This document shows positions 36,482-50,843 of a stretch of DNA of 64,000 nt, one piece after another. Under the pieces are notes generated by a model. That model had not been told where the DNA came from, did no database searches, and saw only the letters and a list, made by a program, of their open reading frames with translations. Numbering within the stretch: the first letter of the stretch is position 1; each line of letters starts with the position of its first letter. The stretch is from Macrostomum lignano (lineage: Eukaryota). Position numbers and translations under genes: made by a program. The stretch is taken from contig NIVC01002179.1 in assembly GCA_002269645.1 (NCBI GenBank), forward strand, positions 131,275-195,274, written 5' to 3'.

Positions 36482-36880
36482 GTCAGAACTACAAGCTATA
36501 ATCAGTCAGAACTACAAGCTATAATCAGTCAGAACTACAAGCTATAATCAGTCGGAATTACAAGCTAGAATCAGTCAGAATCTCAGTCTAGAATCAAGTC
36601 AGAATTACAAGCTAGAATCAAGTCAGAATTACAAGCTAGAATCAGTCAGAATCTCAGTCTAGAACCAAGTCAGAATTACAAGCTAGAATCAAGTCAGAAT
36701 TACAAGCTAGAATCAGTCAGAATCTCAGTCTAGAACCAAGTCAGAATTACAAGCTAGAATCAAGTCAGAATTACAAGCTAGAATCAGTCAGAATCTCAGT
36801 CTAGAACCAAGTCAGAATTACAAGCTAGAATCAAGTCAGAATTACAAGCTAGAATCAAGTCAGAATTACAAGCTTGAATC
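36482..36880. repeat. 23-24-bp minisatellite organised as a 71-bp higher-order repeat
   Basis: The TCTCAGTC variant recurs at 36581, 36652, 36723 and 36794. Confidence 0.9.
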
Positions 36881-37096
36881 TTCATTTTTAATTTTTTAAA
36901 CGCTTGCTTTGACCTGTTAATTAATGATTACAAGGATATGAAGAAATATTTTTTACTTCAAATCCTTCTTCAAACAGGACGCGAGGCAGAGACTTCAAAG
37001 CAGGAGTTCCACCTTTTATTGGACATATTTAGGAAGCTGAGTCGACCTAAGGTAACAGCTGTTCGACAAATAATCTAAATCAGCAAGCAAAATAAA

Positions 37097-40000
37097 ATGA
37101 CGCAATTGACTTACAATTGCCTGATTCTGTGTCTGATGCTGTCATGGTCTGCTGTTGTTGCTACTGGTTCGAGCTATCCATCAAGCTGCACATCTGACAG
37201 CTCGAACCCACAGCAGCTGACATGCCGAGGCTTGGATCGATCTGATTGGCTAACGCTGGCCAGCCAATCAGAACCGGTTTGGACTGCATTGCTTGTGACA
37301 GATTCTCCGCGTTTAACTGGCAATAGTCTATGGTCCGACCTGTCCGCGGGCTGGAGATCTCGACTCAAATCTATGGCTATAAAAGACTGTCGTTTAGATT
37401 CCCTATCGCTGAATCGCGGCAAGTTTGAACTAATCGAATTTCCTCAATTAGAAGCCTTGGATTTAAGCGGTAATCGATTTGTTAATATTGGAGATCAAGC
37501 GACTGGAGTCTTAGTCAATATCTCCGCTCCAAATTTGCGTAGTTTACAGCTTGGCAATAATTTGTGGACTGAACTGACTACTGTCGATGCCGAATTGATT
37601 GCTAATCGGTTTCCTCAACTTAGACTTTTAGATTTTACTAACTCACGGCTGCTTAGTAGACTGGATTTCGGGTTCTCCGATGCTCTCCTATCGAAATTGA
37701 ATGAGCTCAGAGATTTAAGGTTTAATGGCTGCTCAAATCTGGCTAGATGGAATTGGGCGCCTGCGGTGCGCAAATTCTTGAGCGCAAGCGGCTCATTTAG
37801 CGTCAAGGTGAGCCTGGTGGGAGGGGAGTAGGGGTAGAAGTGGAAACTGGGTGTAGAAACACAGGTATGGAGAGTAGAAACACCGGTATGGAGTGTAGAG
37901 ACACCGGTAAGGGGTGTAGAAACTGAGACGGGTGTAGAGACACTGAGACAGGGGGTGTAGAGACACGGAGACAGACAGGGGGTGTAGAGACACTGAGACA
38001 GGGGGTGTAGAGACACGGAGACAGACAGGGGGTGTAGAGACACGGAGACAGACAGGGGGTGTAGAGACACGAAGACAGGGGGTGTAGAGACGAGACACGG
38101 AGACAGACAGGGTGTAGAGACACGGAGACAGGGGGTGTAGAGACACGGAGACAGGGGGTGTAGAGACACGGAGACAGGAGGTGTAGAGACACGGAGACAG
38201 ACAGGGGGTGTAGAGACACGGAGACAGACAGGAGGTGTAGAGACACGGAGACAGACAGGGGGTGTAGAGACACGGAGACAGACAGGGGGTGTAGAGACAC
38301 GGAGACAGACAGGGGGTGTAGAGACACGGAGACAGGGGGTGTAGAGACACGGAGACAGACAGGGGGTGTAGAGACACGGAGACAGACAGGGGGTGTAGAG
38401 ACACGGAGACAGACAGGGGGTGTAGAGACACGGAGACAGGGGGTGTAGAGACACGAAGACAGGGGGTGTAGAGACACGGAGACAGGGGGTGTAGAGACAC
38501 GGAGACAGACAGGGGGTGTAGAGACACGGAGACAGGGGGTGTAGAGACACGGAGACAGGGGGTGTAGAGACACGGAGACAGACAGGGGGTGTAGAGACAC
38601 GGAGACAGACAGGAGTGTAGAGACACGGAGACAGACAGGGGGTGTAGAGACACGGAGACAGACGGGGTGTAGAGACACGGAGACAGACAGGGAGTGTAGA
38701 GACACGGAGACAGACAGGGGGTGTAGAGACACGGAGACAGACGGGGTGTAGAGACACGGAGACAGACAGGGAGTGTAGAGACACGGAGACAGACAGGGGG
38801 TGTAGAGACACGGAGACATGGGGTAAAAGTACGTGTGAATTGAGTAGAAAACACCGCTGAATCCCCCCCGGAACCCACCGCCTGGCACAGAACACTCAGG
38901 GCTGGAACTGCAGTTGCGAATCAGCGTGGCTGGCCCAGCTGCCCCCGGCCTCTCTCGCTGGCGCAGCCTGCCTGGAACCGTTACGCCTTCGAGGCCGCTC
39001 TCTCGCAGGCATGAACTTCACCTTAGACCCCCTGTTGGGCTGCTCAGCTCCACAGATTGCCAACTTCTCGGCTAAGGCTAACTATGCTATTGGCGACACT
39101 GCCCGACTGTTGTGTCGGGTGGCCGCTGCCCAGCCACCCGCAAGCGTCACCTGGACTACTAATAGAGGCGAGAATGCCACAATGAAACCGGAGCTTAGTC
39201 ACCGGTGAGTTGGCTGGTGATTGGGATTCTGTGGCCAGTAATTTTGGAGGGTAGAGTGACCGTGTGACTAGTAGTCCTGTGGGATAGAGTGACAGTGTGA
39301 CCAGTATGAGAGAGTGACAGTGTGACCAGTATGAGAGTGACAGTGTGACCAGTATGAGAGAGTGATAGTGTGACCATTAAGAGAGTGACAGTGTAACCAG
39401 TATGAGAGTGACAGTGTGACCAGTAGGAGAGTGACAGTGTGACCAGTAGGAGAGTGACAGTGTGACCAGTAGGAGAGTGATAGTGTGACCAGTAGGAGAG
39501 TGATAGTGTGACCAGTAGGAGAGTGATAGTGTGACCAGTAGGAGAGTGATAGTGTGACCATTAAGAGAGTGATAGTGTGACCAGTAGGAGAGTGACAGTG
39601 TGACCAGTAGGAGAGTGACAGTGTGACCAGTAGGAGAGTGACAGTGTGACCAGTAGGAGAGTGATAGTGTGACCAGTAGGAGAGTGATAGTGTGACCAGT
39701 AGGAGAGTGATAGTGTGACCAGTAGGAGAGTGATAGTGTGACCAGTAGGAGAGTGATAGTGTGACCAGTAGGAGAGTGATAGTGTGACCAGTAGGAGAGT
39801 GATAGTGTGACCAGTAGGAGAGTGACAGTGTGACCAGTAGGAGAGTGACAGTGTGGCCAGTATAAAAATGATTAGAATCAAGTGAGTTGCTGAGAAGAAA
39901 TGAATACCTGAGATTTTTTGCTCAGTAAAATATATCTGAGCACCAAAAACTAATTATAGTATGCAAGTTGCCGGTTACAGCTTATGTGTTTCATTTTCCT

Positions 40001-41491
40001 GTCAGCACAGATTGTACCCTTTCTACAAGGTACGCCTGTGTCGTGTGGTAATAGTTGCTAACTTGTTTAAAACAAATTCAGTCCATGAGTTTATGGTGAA
40101 CGAAGTCTTATTTTTTCGTTAGAAAAATTTCTTCCAAGCAAGTATGTACAGGCACAATGCCTTTTGTCTTGCCGCCTCTGGTTGTTTTGTCTTGCCGCCT
40201 CTGGTTGAGCTTTGTTTATAATTTACTGATGTGGCACGACACGTTTTCGAAATGAGAAATGACTGCCAAATCATACAAATCTAGTCTAGAGGCGGAAACA
40301 CAGTGTTATGAATATTAATGCTGTTAGCGGTCTTAAGCTGGTATTTTATATTCTAATTTCACTCTCGAAGACATAAGAGTGAACTTGAGATGAAGACTGG
40401 ATAGAAGCGAGAGATGTGAAAGATGTAATTGATCAGATGAGAGATGTTAGTTTTGAGAGCGGAGATGTGAGACGTGAGATTGGCACAGCGGAGATGGGTT
40501 GTGAGGTGTGAGAGTAGAGCTTGGAGATGTGAGATTTCAATGTGAGGTGTGAAAGTGGAATTGTAAGTTGTGAGAGTGGAGATGCCAGTTGTGAGACGGA
40601 GATACCAGTTGTGAGAATGGAGATGCCAGTTGTGAGAGTGGAGATGTGAGTGGGGATGCCAGTTGTGAGAGTGGAGATGTGAGTGGGGATGCCAGTTGTG
40701 AGAGTGGAGATGTGAGTGGGGATGCCAGTTGTGAGAGTGGAGATGTGAGTGGGGATGCCAGTTGTGAGAGTGGAGATGTGAGTGGGGATGCCAGTTGTGA
40801 GAGTGGAGATGTGAGTGGGGATGCCAGTTGTGAGAGTGGGGATGCCAGTTGTGTTGTGAGAGTGGGGATGCCAGTTGTGTTGTGAGAGTGGGGATGCCAG
40901 TTGTGTTGTGAGAGTGGGGATGCCAGTTGTGTTGTGAGAGTGGGGATGCCAGTTGTGTTGTGAGAGTGGGGATGCCAGTTGTGTTGTGAGAGTGGGGATG
41001 CCAGTTGTGTTGTGAGAGTGGGGATGCCAGTTGTGTTGTGAGAGTGGGGATGCCAGTTGTGTTGTGAGAGTGGGGATGCCAGTTGTGAGAGTGGGGATGC
41101 CAGTTGTGTTGTGAGAGTGGAGATGTGAGTGGGGATGCCAGTTGTGAGAGTGGAGATGTGAGGACTGCTCATACAGTGCTATCAGAACTAACAAAACGGT
41201 CGCTACCTGAACCGCAGGTACCTGACCCCGTCAGACACGCACGCGAACACATTCCACTCGGATCACCAGTGGCACTGGGACTCGCAGTACACCGGTTCGA
41301 AATCCGAGGAAGGCGTCGGCAGCGGTCGGATCTTTGTACTGCGTGATGCTTCGCTGTACATCGACTATGTGACAAGATCTGATGCGGGAGTGTACACCTG
41401 CTCCGCTGACAATGGCATCGGGACTGGGCCTGTGGCTATGGAGGTGAGATGAAGTTTAACCTGCGATAAAAGGCAAGAAGACACTAAGACC

Positions 41492-41585
<94 letters not shown>

Positions 41586-41622
41586 GAGACAGACGGACAG
41601 ACAGACGGACAGACAGACAGAC

Positions 41623-41661
<39 letters not shown>

Positions 41662-41791
41662 TAGGCAGGCAGGCAGACAGACAGACAGACAGGCAGGCAG
41701 GGAGGCAGACAGACAGACAGACAGGCGGACAGACACTAAGACAGGCGGACAGACAGACAGACAGACAGACACTAAGACAGACAGACAGGCG

Positions 41792-41827
<36 letters not shown>

Positions 41828-44424
41828 GGCAGGCAGACAGACAGACAGGCAGGCAGACAGACAGACAGGCAGGCAGACAGACAGACAGCCAGACGGATAT
41901 ATAGACAAATAATATGCAGTGTATTGTGTTCTCTTGTAAATTCCTGTATAATCTTTATCGAGCACTTCCTGTCTCCTTCACCTCTTTCACTCTCTTCAGC
42001 TAGTGTTCACGCTCAAGTACGAAGTACTTCGCGAAGTGAAAAAGTACGGCATCATAGTCGGCGCAGCGTGTGCAGCCTCCCTGCTCGGCATCGGATTCTT
42101 CATCGGTTTAATCCGCCTAATCGTTCGAAAATGCTCCGAGGAGGAACGGAAAAGACAGAATTCCATCAAAGAGATGCTGGAACACCTGGAGTCCTACAGA
42201 GGGGCCAAGATGGAGCAGTTTAAAGAATGCAAAGGCTGGCTTCGAACCTGCGGCAGTAACCAGGTGGGCAATTACAATGCCAGGGTTGGCAAAGTAAAAG
42301 AGGCCTGCATCAACAATATGCTGCACATGCAAGAGAGCTACAATCGGCGAATTGCCAAGATAAGGGACCACTGCGACTCGCAGATTGAACGGCTGAGGGA
42401 GAGCTACAACTGCCAGATGGGTCGCATCAAGGATTACCGGTCTAACCAGGTGTGTATTGAGTGTGCCTGGGGATTTGGGATCGGTATTTGAGTATTAGAG
42501 ATTAGGAATTAGTATTTCAGGACTGGAATTTCAGATTAGTATTTAAGGACTAGGGATCGGGTGTTTAGGGATTAGGGATCAGTATTTGAGGATTAGGGAT
42601 CGGTATTTGAGGATTAGGGATAAGTATTCGAGGATTAAGGATCAGTATTTGAGGATTAGGGATCAGTATTTGGGGATTAAAGATCAGTATTGCAGCATTA
42701 AGGATCGGTAGTTGGGGATTAGGGATCAGTATTTGGTGATTTGGGGTCGGTATTTGAGTATTAGGGATCAGTATTTGAGGATTAGGGACCGGTATTTGGG
42801 TATTAGGGATTAGGAGTTAGTATTTGAGGATTTGGGATTTCAGATTAGTATTTGGGGATTAGGGATCAGTATTTCAGGATTAAGGATCGGTAGTAGGGGA
42901 TTAGCGATTGGGTGTTTGAGGGTTTGGGATAAGTATTTAAGCATTTATTTAAGCATTTAAGCTTGAATTGAAATTAGTCATTGTGATTGAGGATGATCAA
43001 TATTTTAGATTAGGATTTAAGATAAACGATTATGGTTTTAATATTCAATATGAATTAGGATTATCCTCCTAATCCGCAACTGTCAAAAGGGATTATCTTC
43101 CTAATCTGCAACTGTCAATAGGGATTATCTTCCTAATCCGCAACTGTCAATAGGGATTATCTTCTAATCCGCAACTGTCAATAGGGATTATCCTCCTAAT
43201 CCACAACTGTCAATAGGGATTATCTTCCTAATCCACAACTGTCAATAGGGATTATCTTCTAATCCGCAACTGTCAATAGGGATTGTCCTCCTAATCCGCA
43301 ACTGTCAATAGGGATTATCTTCTAATCCGCAACTGTCAATAGGGATTATCTTCTAATCCGCAACTGTCAATAGGGATTATCCTCCTAATCCGCAACTGTC
43401 AATAGGGATTATCTTCTAATCCGCAACTGTCAATAGGGATTATCTTCTAATCCGCAACTGTCAATAGGGATTGTCCTCCTAATCCGCAACTGTCAATAGG
43501 GATTATCTTCTAATCCGCAACTGTCAATAGGGATTGTCCTCCTAATCCGCAACTGTCAATAGGGATTATCTTCTAATCCGCAACTGTCAATAGGGATTGT
43601 CCTCCTAATCCGCAACTGTCAATAGGGATTATCCTCCTAATCCGCAACTATCAATAGGGATTATCTTCTAATCCGCAACTGTCAATAGGGATTGTCCTCC
43701 TAATCTGCAATCTGTAAATAGGGATTATCCTCCTAATCTGCAACTGTCATTAGCGATTATCTTCCTAAACCAAGCATTCCAACGGGGATTAAACTCCCTA
43801 AACATCCCCCCCGGTTGCCAACCGCGCCGTCAGGTGGAGCGCGTCCGAGACCAGTACAACCTGCAGCTGCTGCGCATCAAGGATTACGCGTCGACCCAGC
43901 TGGATCGGCTCCGGGAGCAGTACAAAGCCCAGCAGGCCTACCTCATCAAGGTGCTGGACTCCGTCTCCATCGACAACTGCGTGTCCGGCGCTGCAGGCAT
44001 GGAAGAGCCCGACTTGAAGGAGCTCGGCCTGGACATCACGCCGGATCTCAGCGACTCCGAGGAGGCAGCCGACGTCCCCGGAACTTCTTCTGGTCGGTGT
44101 CGACGAAATCGGCGATATCAGCATCGGGCAGCTTCGCAGCAGCAGGCGGAGGACGGCTGCGACCCGCTCGAGGCGGCCGAAGCCGCTGCCGCCGCCGTGT
44201 TCAACAGCCTCGACTCCGAGGACGACGAAGCCCTTGAAGACTTCATGACGGCCACGGATGGCGCGCTGTCGATGGATCGGTTGGACCGTCTGGACGAAGA
44301 GGACCGGGACTCCTTCGACGCGGAAGCGGCCGCGGCGACGGGTGCGGTGAGACACGAGGTTGTGCAAGTCGAAGTGCTGCCTGCGCCAGAGCAAGTGGAA
44401 GAGTGCAGCGTGGCGATGTCCTAG
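37097..44424 (+). CDS. Type I membrane LRR-Ig (LIG-family) protein, 5 exons, about 763 aa; possibly IGLR-2/CG16974-like
   Basis: Exons 37097-37807, 38891-39204, 41218-41443, 42000-42449, 43834-44424, phase-consistent. Signal peptide, LRRs (LEALDLSGNRF, LRSLQLGNNLW), LRRCT (WNCSCESAWL), Ig (LLCRV...VTW...DAGVYTC), TM (IIVGAACAASLLGIGFFIGLI), helical repeats, acidic tail. The subfamily name is from recollection and unverified. Confidence 0.85.
37850..38820. repeat. 23/27-bp minisatellite, LRR-Ig intron 1
   Basis: GGGGGTGTAGAGACACGGAGACA(GACA). Confidence 0.95.
39255..39862. repeat. 23-bp minisatellite, LRR-Ig intron 2
   Basis: GAGAGTGACAGTGTGACCAGTAG. Confidence 0.93.
40560..41162. repeat. 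26/33-bp minisatellite, LRR-Ig intron 2
   Basis: GTGAGAGTGGGGATGCCAGTTGTGTT and a 33-bp variant. Confidence 0.92.
41490..41895. repeat. (GACA)n microsatellite, LRR-Ig intron 3
   Basis: Direct reading. Confidence 0.95.
42460..42940. repeat. Degenerate about 21-bp repeat, LRR-Ig intron 4
   Basis: GGGATCAGTATTTGAGGATTA consensus. Confidence 0.8.
43055..43775. repeat. 31-32-bp minisatellite, LRR-Ig intron 4
   Basis: GGGATTATCTTC(C)TAATCCGCAACTGTCAATA. Confidence 0.93.
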
Positions 44425-44499
44425 GCAACTTGATGTATAATTTACATGGGGCTCCTGTCCTGGCTTAATGATTTTATGCAACCTTTTGGGATTACTGGG

Positions 44500-46680
44500 A
44501 TTATTGAGGCCTATTGGGAAATTGGCAGTCTTATTGGGATTCTTGAGTCCTATTGGGATACTTGAGTCTTATTGGGATTCTTGAGTCCTATTGGGATTCT
44601 TGAGTCCTATTGGGATTCTTGAGTCCTATTGGGATTCTTGAGTCATATTGGGATTCTTGAGTCCTATTGGGATTCTTAAGTCCTATTGGGATTCTTGAGT
44701 CCTATTGGGATTCTTAAGTCCTATTGGGATTCTTGAGTCCTTTTAGGATTCTTGAGTCCTATTAAGATTCTTGTGTCCTATTGGGATTCTTGAGTCCTAT
44801 TAGGATTCTTGAGTCCTATTGGGATTCTTGAGTCCTATTGGGATTCTTGAGTCCTATTGGGATTCTTGAGTCCTATTGGGATTCTTGAGTCCTATTAAGA
44901 TTCTTAAGTCCTATTGGGATTCTTGAGTCCTATTGGGATTCTTGAGTCCTATTGGGATTCTTGAGTCCTATTGGGATTCTTGAGTCCTATTGGGATTCTT
45001 GAGTCCTATTGGGATTCTTGAGTCCTATTGGGATTCTTGAGTCCTATTGAGATTCTTGAGTCCTATTGGGATTCTTGAGTCCTATTGGGATTCTTGAGTC
45101 CTATTGGGATTCTTGAGTCCTATTGGGATTCTTGAGTCCTATTGGGATACTTGAGTCTTATTGGGATTCTTGAGTCCTATTGGGATTCTTGAGTCCTATT
45201 GGGATTCTTGAGTCCTATTGGGATTCTTGAGTCATATTGGGATTCTTGAGTCCTATTGGGATTCTTAAGTCCTATTGGGATTCTTGAGTCCTATTGGGAT
45301 TCTTAAGTCCTATTGGGATTCTTGAGTCCTTTTAGGATTCTTGAGTCCTATTAAGATTCTTGTGTCCTATTGGGATTCTTGAGTCCTATTAGGATTCTTG
45401 AGTCCTATTGGGATTCTTGAGTCCTATTGGGATTCTTGAGTCCTATTGGGATTCTTGAGTCCTATTGGGATTCTTGAGTCCTATTAAGATTCTTAAGTCC
45501 TATTGGGATTCTTGAGTCCTATTGGGATTCTTGAGTCCTATTGGGATTCTTGAGTCCTATTGGGATTCTTGAGTCCTATTGGGATTCTTGAGTCCTATTG
45601 GGATTCTTGAGTCCTATTGGGATTCTTGAGTCCTATTGGGATTCTTGAGTCCTATTGAGATTCTTGAGTCCTATTGGGATTCTTGAGTCCTATTGGGATT
45701 CTTGAGTCCTATTGGGATTCTTGAGTCCTATTGGGATTCTTGAGTCCTATTGGGATTCTTGAGTCCTATTGGGATTCTTGAGTCCTATTGGGATTCTTGA
45801 GTCCTATTGGGATTCTTGAGTCCTATTGGGATTCTTGAGTCCTATTAAGATTCTTGAGTCCTATTGGGATTCTTGAGTCCTATTGGGATTCTTGAGTCCT
45901 ATTGGGATTCTTGAGTCCTTTTGGGATTCTTGAGTCCTATTGGGATTCTTGAGTCCTATTGGGATTCTTGAGTCCTATTGGGATTCTTGAGTCCTATTGG
46001 GATTCTTGAGTCCTATTGGGATTCTTGAGTCCTATTGGGATTCTTGAGTCCTATTGGGATTCTTGAGTCCTATTGGGATTCTTGAGTCCTATTGGGATTC
46101 TTGAGTCCTATTGGGATTCTTGAGTCCTATTGGGATTCTTGAGTCCTATTGGGATTCTTGAGTCCTATTGGGATTCTTGAGTCCTATTGGGATTCTTGAG
46201 TCCTATTGGGATTCTTGAGTCCTATTGGGATTCTTGAGTCCTATTGGGATTCTTGAGTCCTATTGGAATTCTTTGAGTCCTATTGGGATTCTTGAGTCCT
46301 ATTGGGATTCTTGAGTCCTATTGGGATTCTTGAGTCCTATTGGGATTCTTGAGTCCTATTGGGATTCTTGAGTCCTATTGGAATTCTTTGAGTCCTATTA
46401 AGATTCTTGAGTCCTATTGGGATTCTTGAGTCCTATTGGGATTCTTGAGTCCTATTGGAATTCTTTGAGTCCTATTAAGATTCTTGAGTCCTATTGGGAT
46501 TCTTGAGTCCTATTGGGATTCTTGAGTCCTATTGGGATTCTTGAGTCCTATTGGGATTCTTGAGTCCTATTGGAATTCTTTGAGTCCTATTAAGATTCTT
46601 GAGTCCTATTGGGATTCTTGAGTCCTATTGGGATTCTTGAGTCCTATTGGAATTCTTTGAGTCCTATTTGAACATTTGGA
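44500..46680. repeat. 19-bp satellite with a 589-bp block duplication
   Basis: Unit GAGTCCTATTGGGATTCTT; the variant series at 44557 recurs at 45146. Confidence 0.96.
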
Positions 46681-47347
46681 GTCTACATGCGTCATTGGGA
46701 TTCAGAGTCTTATTGGGCGATGTCGTTAGTATAATAAGGATTCCAATCCTTAAGGTCGGTTCCATGTTTAAGAAAAAATCGAAATTTTAATTTAATTCAT
46801 TCTTGTCGCCCTGATCATGCACTTAATTATCCTATAATCGGTGTGTAACTGACTGCCTGATTAATTATGCATAATTGCGTACAACCCTTCTTCTACTAAC
46901 TTGATATTTCTTACTTAGTGGTCCCTGTTTACATTCAATGAGCTTTCTGTTTCGCTGACTGAATGTCTGTCTGGCCGATTTTAAATTCCCAACCACATCG
47001 TATTTCATATTTTCAATCTGAAGTAACATGTCTTCTAATCGAAGGAGTCTTTACTGTTTTACTAATTACATGCAATCGTCAATTGTATAGTTTGTAAATT
47101 ACCTTAGATTTAATAACCACCTTTTTTTAATTAATTAATCTGGTCTTCGAGTCCGTCTGTTGTTTAAAAGTGCAATAGGATTTCACTTTTTTCTCTGTAA
47201 TTTGCGAACTTTCATTTTGAAGCGGAGTTTTTTATTCATGCCAGTTTTGATTAGCAAGAATTATTTGGCTTTCTGTTGTGATAATTGCATTGCTTCATTG
47301 CTTCTTCTGCTCCTGGCATGGTCTTTGTCTCTGTCTTCGCCTATCTC

Positions 47348-48075
<728 letters not shown>

Positions 48076-48782
48076 TCTCAATCTCGTTTTTCATTTTCCC
48101 ATCAAATTTGCGCTTCTCACCAAGCCTATACAAACAAATTCTCCACAGGAAACCTGTATAACTAAATTTTCCAATAAATTTCCGCTAAAATAAACTGCGC
48201 TTATTGATTTATGCTACTCATTACAAGTAGGCTGGTGACAGACATTGCGAATTCATACATCCCCGGTCTGTCCTAAAGTACAGTTTTTACTTACTCTCCG
48301 TACTCCGCTGACAAAATTTGCTCCGCGTAACACACTTCTTCAAGCAAGCCTTTTTCCTGCTTTTCCATAATATGTAAAGCTTGTAATGCTCCTGCTTTTA
48401 CAATTGGTTAATTATGTGCACGAATGCGCTTGCAGAATTGTTATAAAAATCTATATATTCTATATTATATCTAATAATAACCTTCACTGCGCGCTTTGGT
48501 TTCAACTGTCCTATTATAATTGATTTCGTGATGCACTTTTTTATATCTGATACACGGCGAAAATACAAGGCTGTCTAATTTCATGTTTAGCTGGATGTTT
48601 AGCTTAGCGATCGTCTGTAACAGCACCCAATTAACTGCTCTCGCATCGAAATACTGCACTCTTCTGCTTTGGTTCTTTGTTTTCTGATGCACCGTCCTGA
48701 TCTGCACTCTCCTCTACCCTCCTCTACCTTCTCTCCCCTTCTCTCTCCCCTACTCTCTTCCCTACCATCTCTCCCTACAAGG

Positions 48783-48990
48783 GGGGCCGTAGCCCAGCGG
48801 TAGCGCAGCTGCTCTGGTGTGCCAGCGACCCAGGCTCGATTCCAAGTGCAGTCACATTAATTTGGGGCTGAATTGGAATCTCGGCTTGGCTCTGCTCGTG
48901 CAATTAACGGCCTTGAGAGCCAACCCCCCAAGGCGCAGTGAAGTGTACATGCCTAACGATAAAATAAAGTTAGGGCCGCTGTACACTCCT
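48783..48990 (+). mobile_element. tRNA-derived SINE-like element
   Basis: A-box TAGCCCAGCGG (48790-48800), B-box-like GGCTCGATTCC (48833-48843), no tRNA acceptor stem, followed by an unrelated body; 3' end uncertain. Confidence 0.55.
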
Positions 48991-50843
48991 GTGTGAGTGT
49001 GTGCCTGCGTACGTATCCGCGCGCTTGTGTGCCTGCTCAGGGGAGTCGGCGGAATGGGCAGTAATGCCTCTCGCCGGTTGTGTGCCTATGAATCTCTCCC
49101 CTACTCACACTACTCTCTCTTTCCTACTCTCTCTCTCCCTTATAGCCCTACCCTCTCTCCTCTACCCTATCTTCCTCTAACCTCTCCCCTACCCTCTCTC
49201 CCCTACCCTTTCTTCCTCCACCCTCTCTCCCCTACCCTCTCTCCCCTACTCTCTCCCTCTTTACCCTCTCTACCCCACTCTCTTCTATCCTCTCTCCCTC
49301 CCCTCTCTCCCTCTACCCTCTCTCCTCTATCATTTCTCCTTCTACTTTCTCTCCTCAATCTCTACCCTCGGTATCTTCCCTTTTAGTAGGAAATTAGACA
49401 TTTCAAATGCAGTAGTATGCTCACATTTAGTGTATACGAAATCTAATATTACGAGTAAAGTTCAAGATTATTTAAAACAAAAATCCAGTATAAATCCACT
49501 ATATTTTTATCCACAGGTTTCAATGAAATGAATTATTCTAGCACTTACATTTTCTACTCGCAACAGAGTACAGAATAAAAAACTTGTTAAAATTTGTTTG
49601 GGTTGCGTGCAGGAATGCTGATGATGCAAGTGCAGATTTTGGCAAGTAAATGGAAAGGAACTATTACTGTCGTAGCACTAATTTATTGTGCATGTGATGT
49701 AACTTTGGGAAATTTTTACCAATTCGATTCTTCAGTAGAAATACAGACAAAACGGAATAGTGAATGCATTCATAAAATATACATGCTAGCTTGTCAACTA
49801 AATGAAGAATATGGCACTAAAATACAGAATAGACAATAGTAGTGGGATACGAACCAGCACTCTGCAGCAGTACTATTGATACATATAAATCGTATTGTAA
49901 TTAGAAAATAGTCTCCTGAGTTCGTATACATGTAAAACAATCGTTTGTTAGAGTTGATTAAAATCTTTCTTTAAAAAATTCCAAAGCAAGTTCAACAAGC
50001 GTTTTTAGAGGGGGTTGCTCAAATAGAAGGGCGCGGGAAACTATAGGTTTCTTGGAAAATTTTGAGGCAGGTTTTACCGAAAAAATACATTAGTGAGATA
50101 GATTTTAGTTTTTAAGCAAAATAAACTTGTTATTTATTGCTTTTGATATAAGGGAGCGACTATTTCTAGCTCTATTGATACTCATAAAGCTTTTCGTTTC
50201 TAAAATAAGGATTCTATGTATTGATGATTATTATGTATGAATATCAATAGAGTGTTAAGAAAGGCAGACATATCTAAAAGATGAACACTGGGTCTCCATT
50301 CCATCAAAAAGCAATAACAATTTTTGTGCTGAAAACAATGAAAACCTCGACTATTCTCTGTAATGTATTTTTCCGGTAAAACCTGCCTACAAATTTTTTT
50401 CCAAGATACGGAGTTTCCCGTCCTTCTATTCATACTTAAGTGGTCCTTGGGGCTTGTGCTTGTGCGCATTAAATGTACATTGGTTTGCTAACTAGGCCGA
50501 TGTACATACGATGGCCATAGATCATGGGGGAAGGCAATAAAATTGGGTGAATGGAGCCAATGTAAATACCGACACTGGGAATTGATTACAATGTACATTC
50601 AAAATAGACCGCATCAACCCCCCCCCGCCCACGGAAATTTCTTGCCTCCTTTTCAGAGGGCTTGCTATACTGATAATGAAGGCTAATTAAAAAGAACTGC
50701 ACATTGTCAATGTTAACCAGAACAGCGATTAACCGTAGACTGAGCAAGTGTAAACAAATTTTGTTTTGCAAGATAATAATTCTACATGTAATAATTTTAT
50801 CGGGGTCCATAGGTCCAATTTAGCTAGTGTGTTTTTTTATTAT

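Noticed and set aside
48783-48855. Functional tRNA gene
   Set aside because: Variant B-box and no acceptor-stem pairing; better explained as a SINE head
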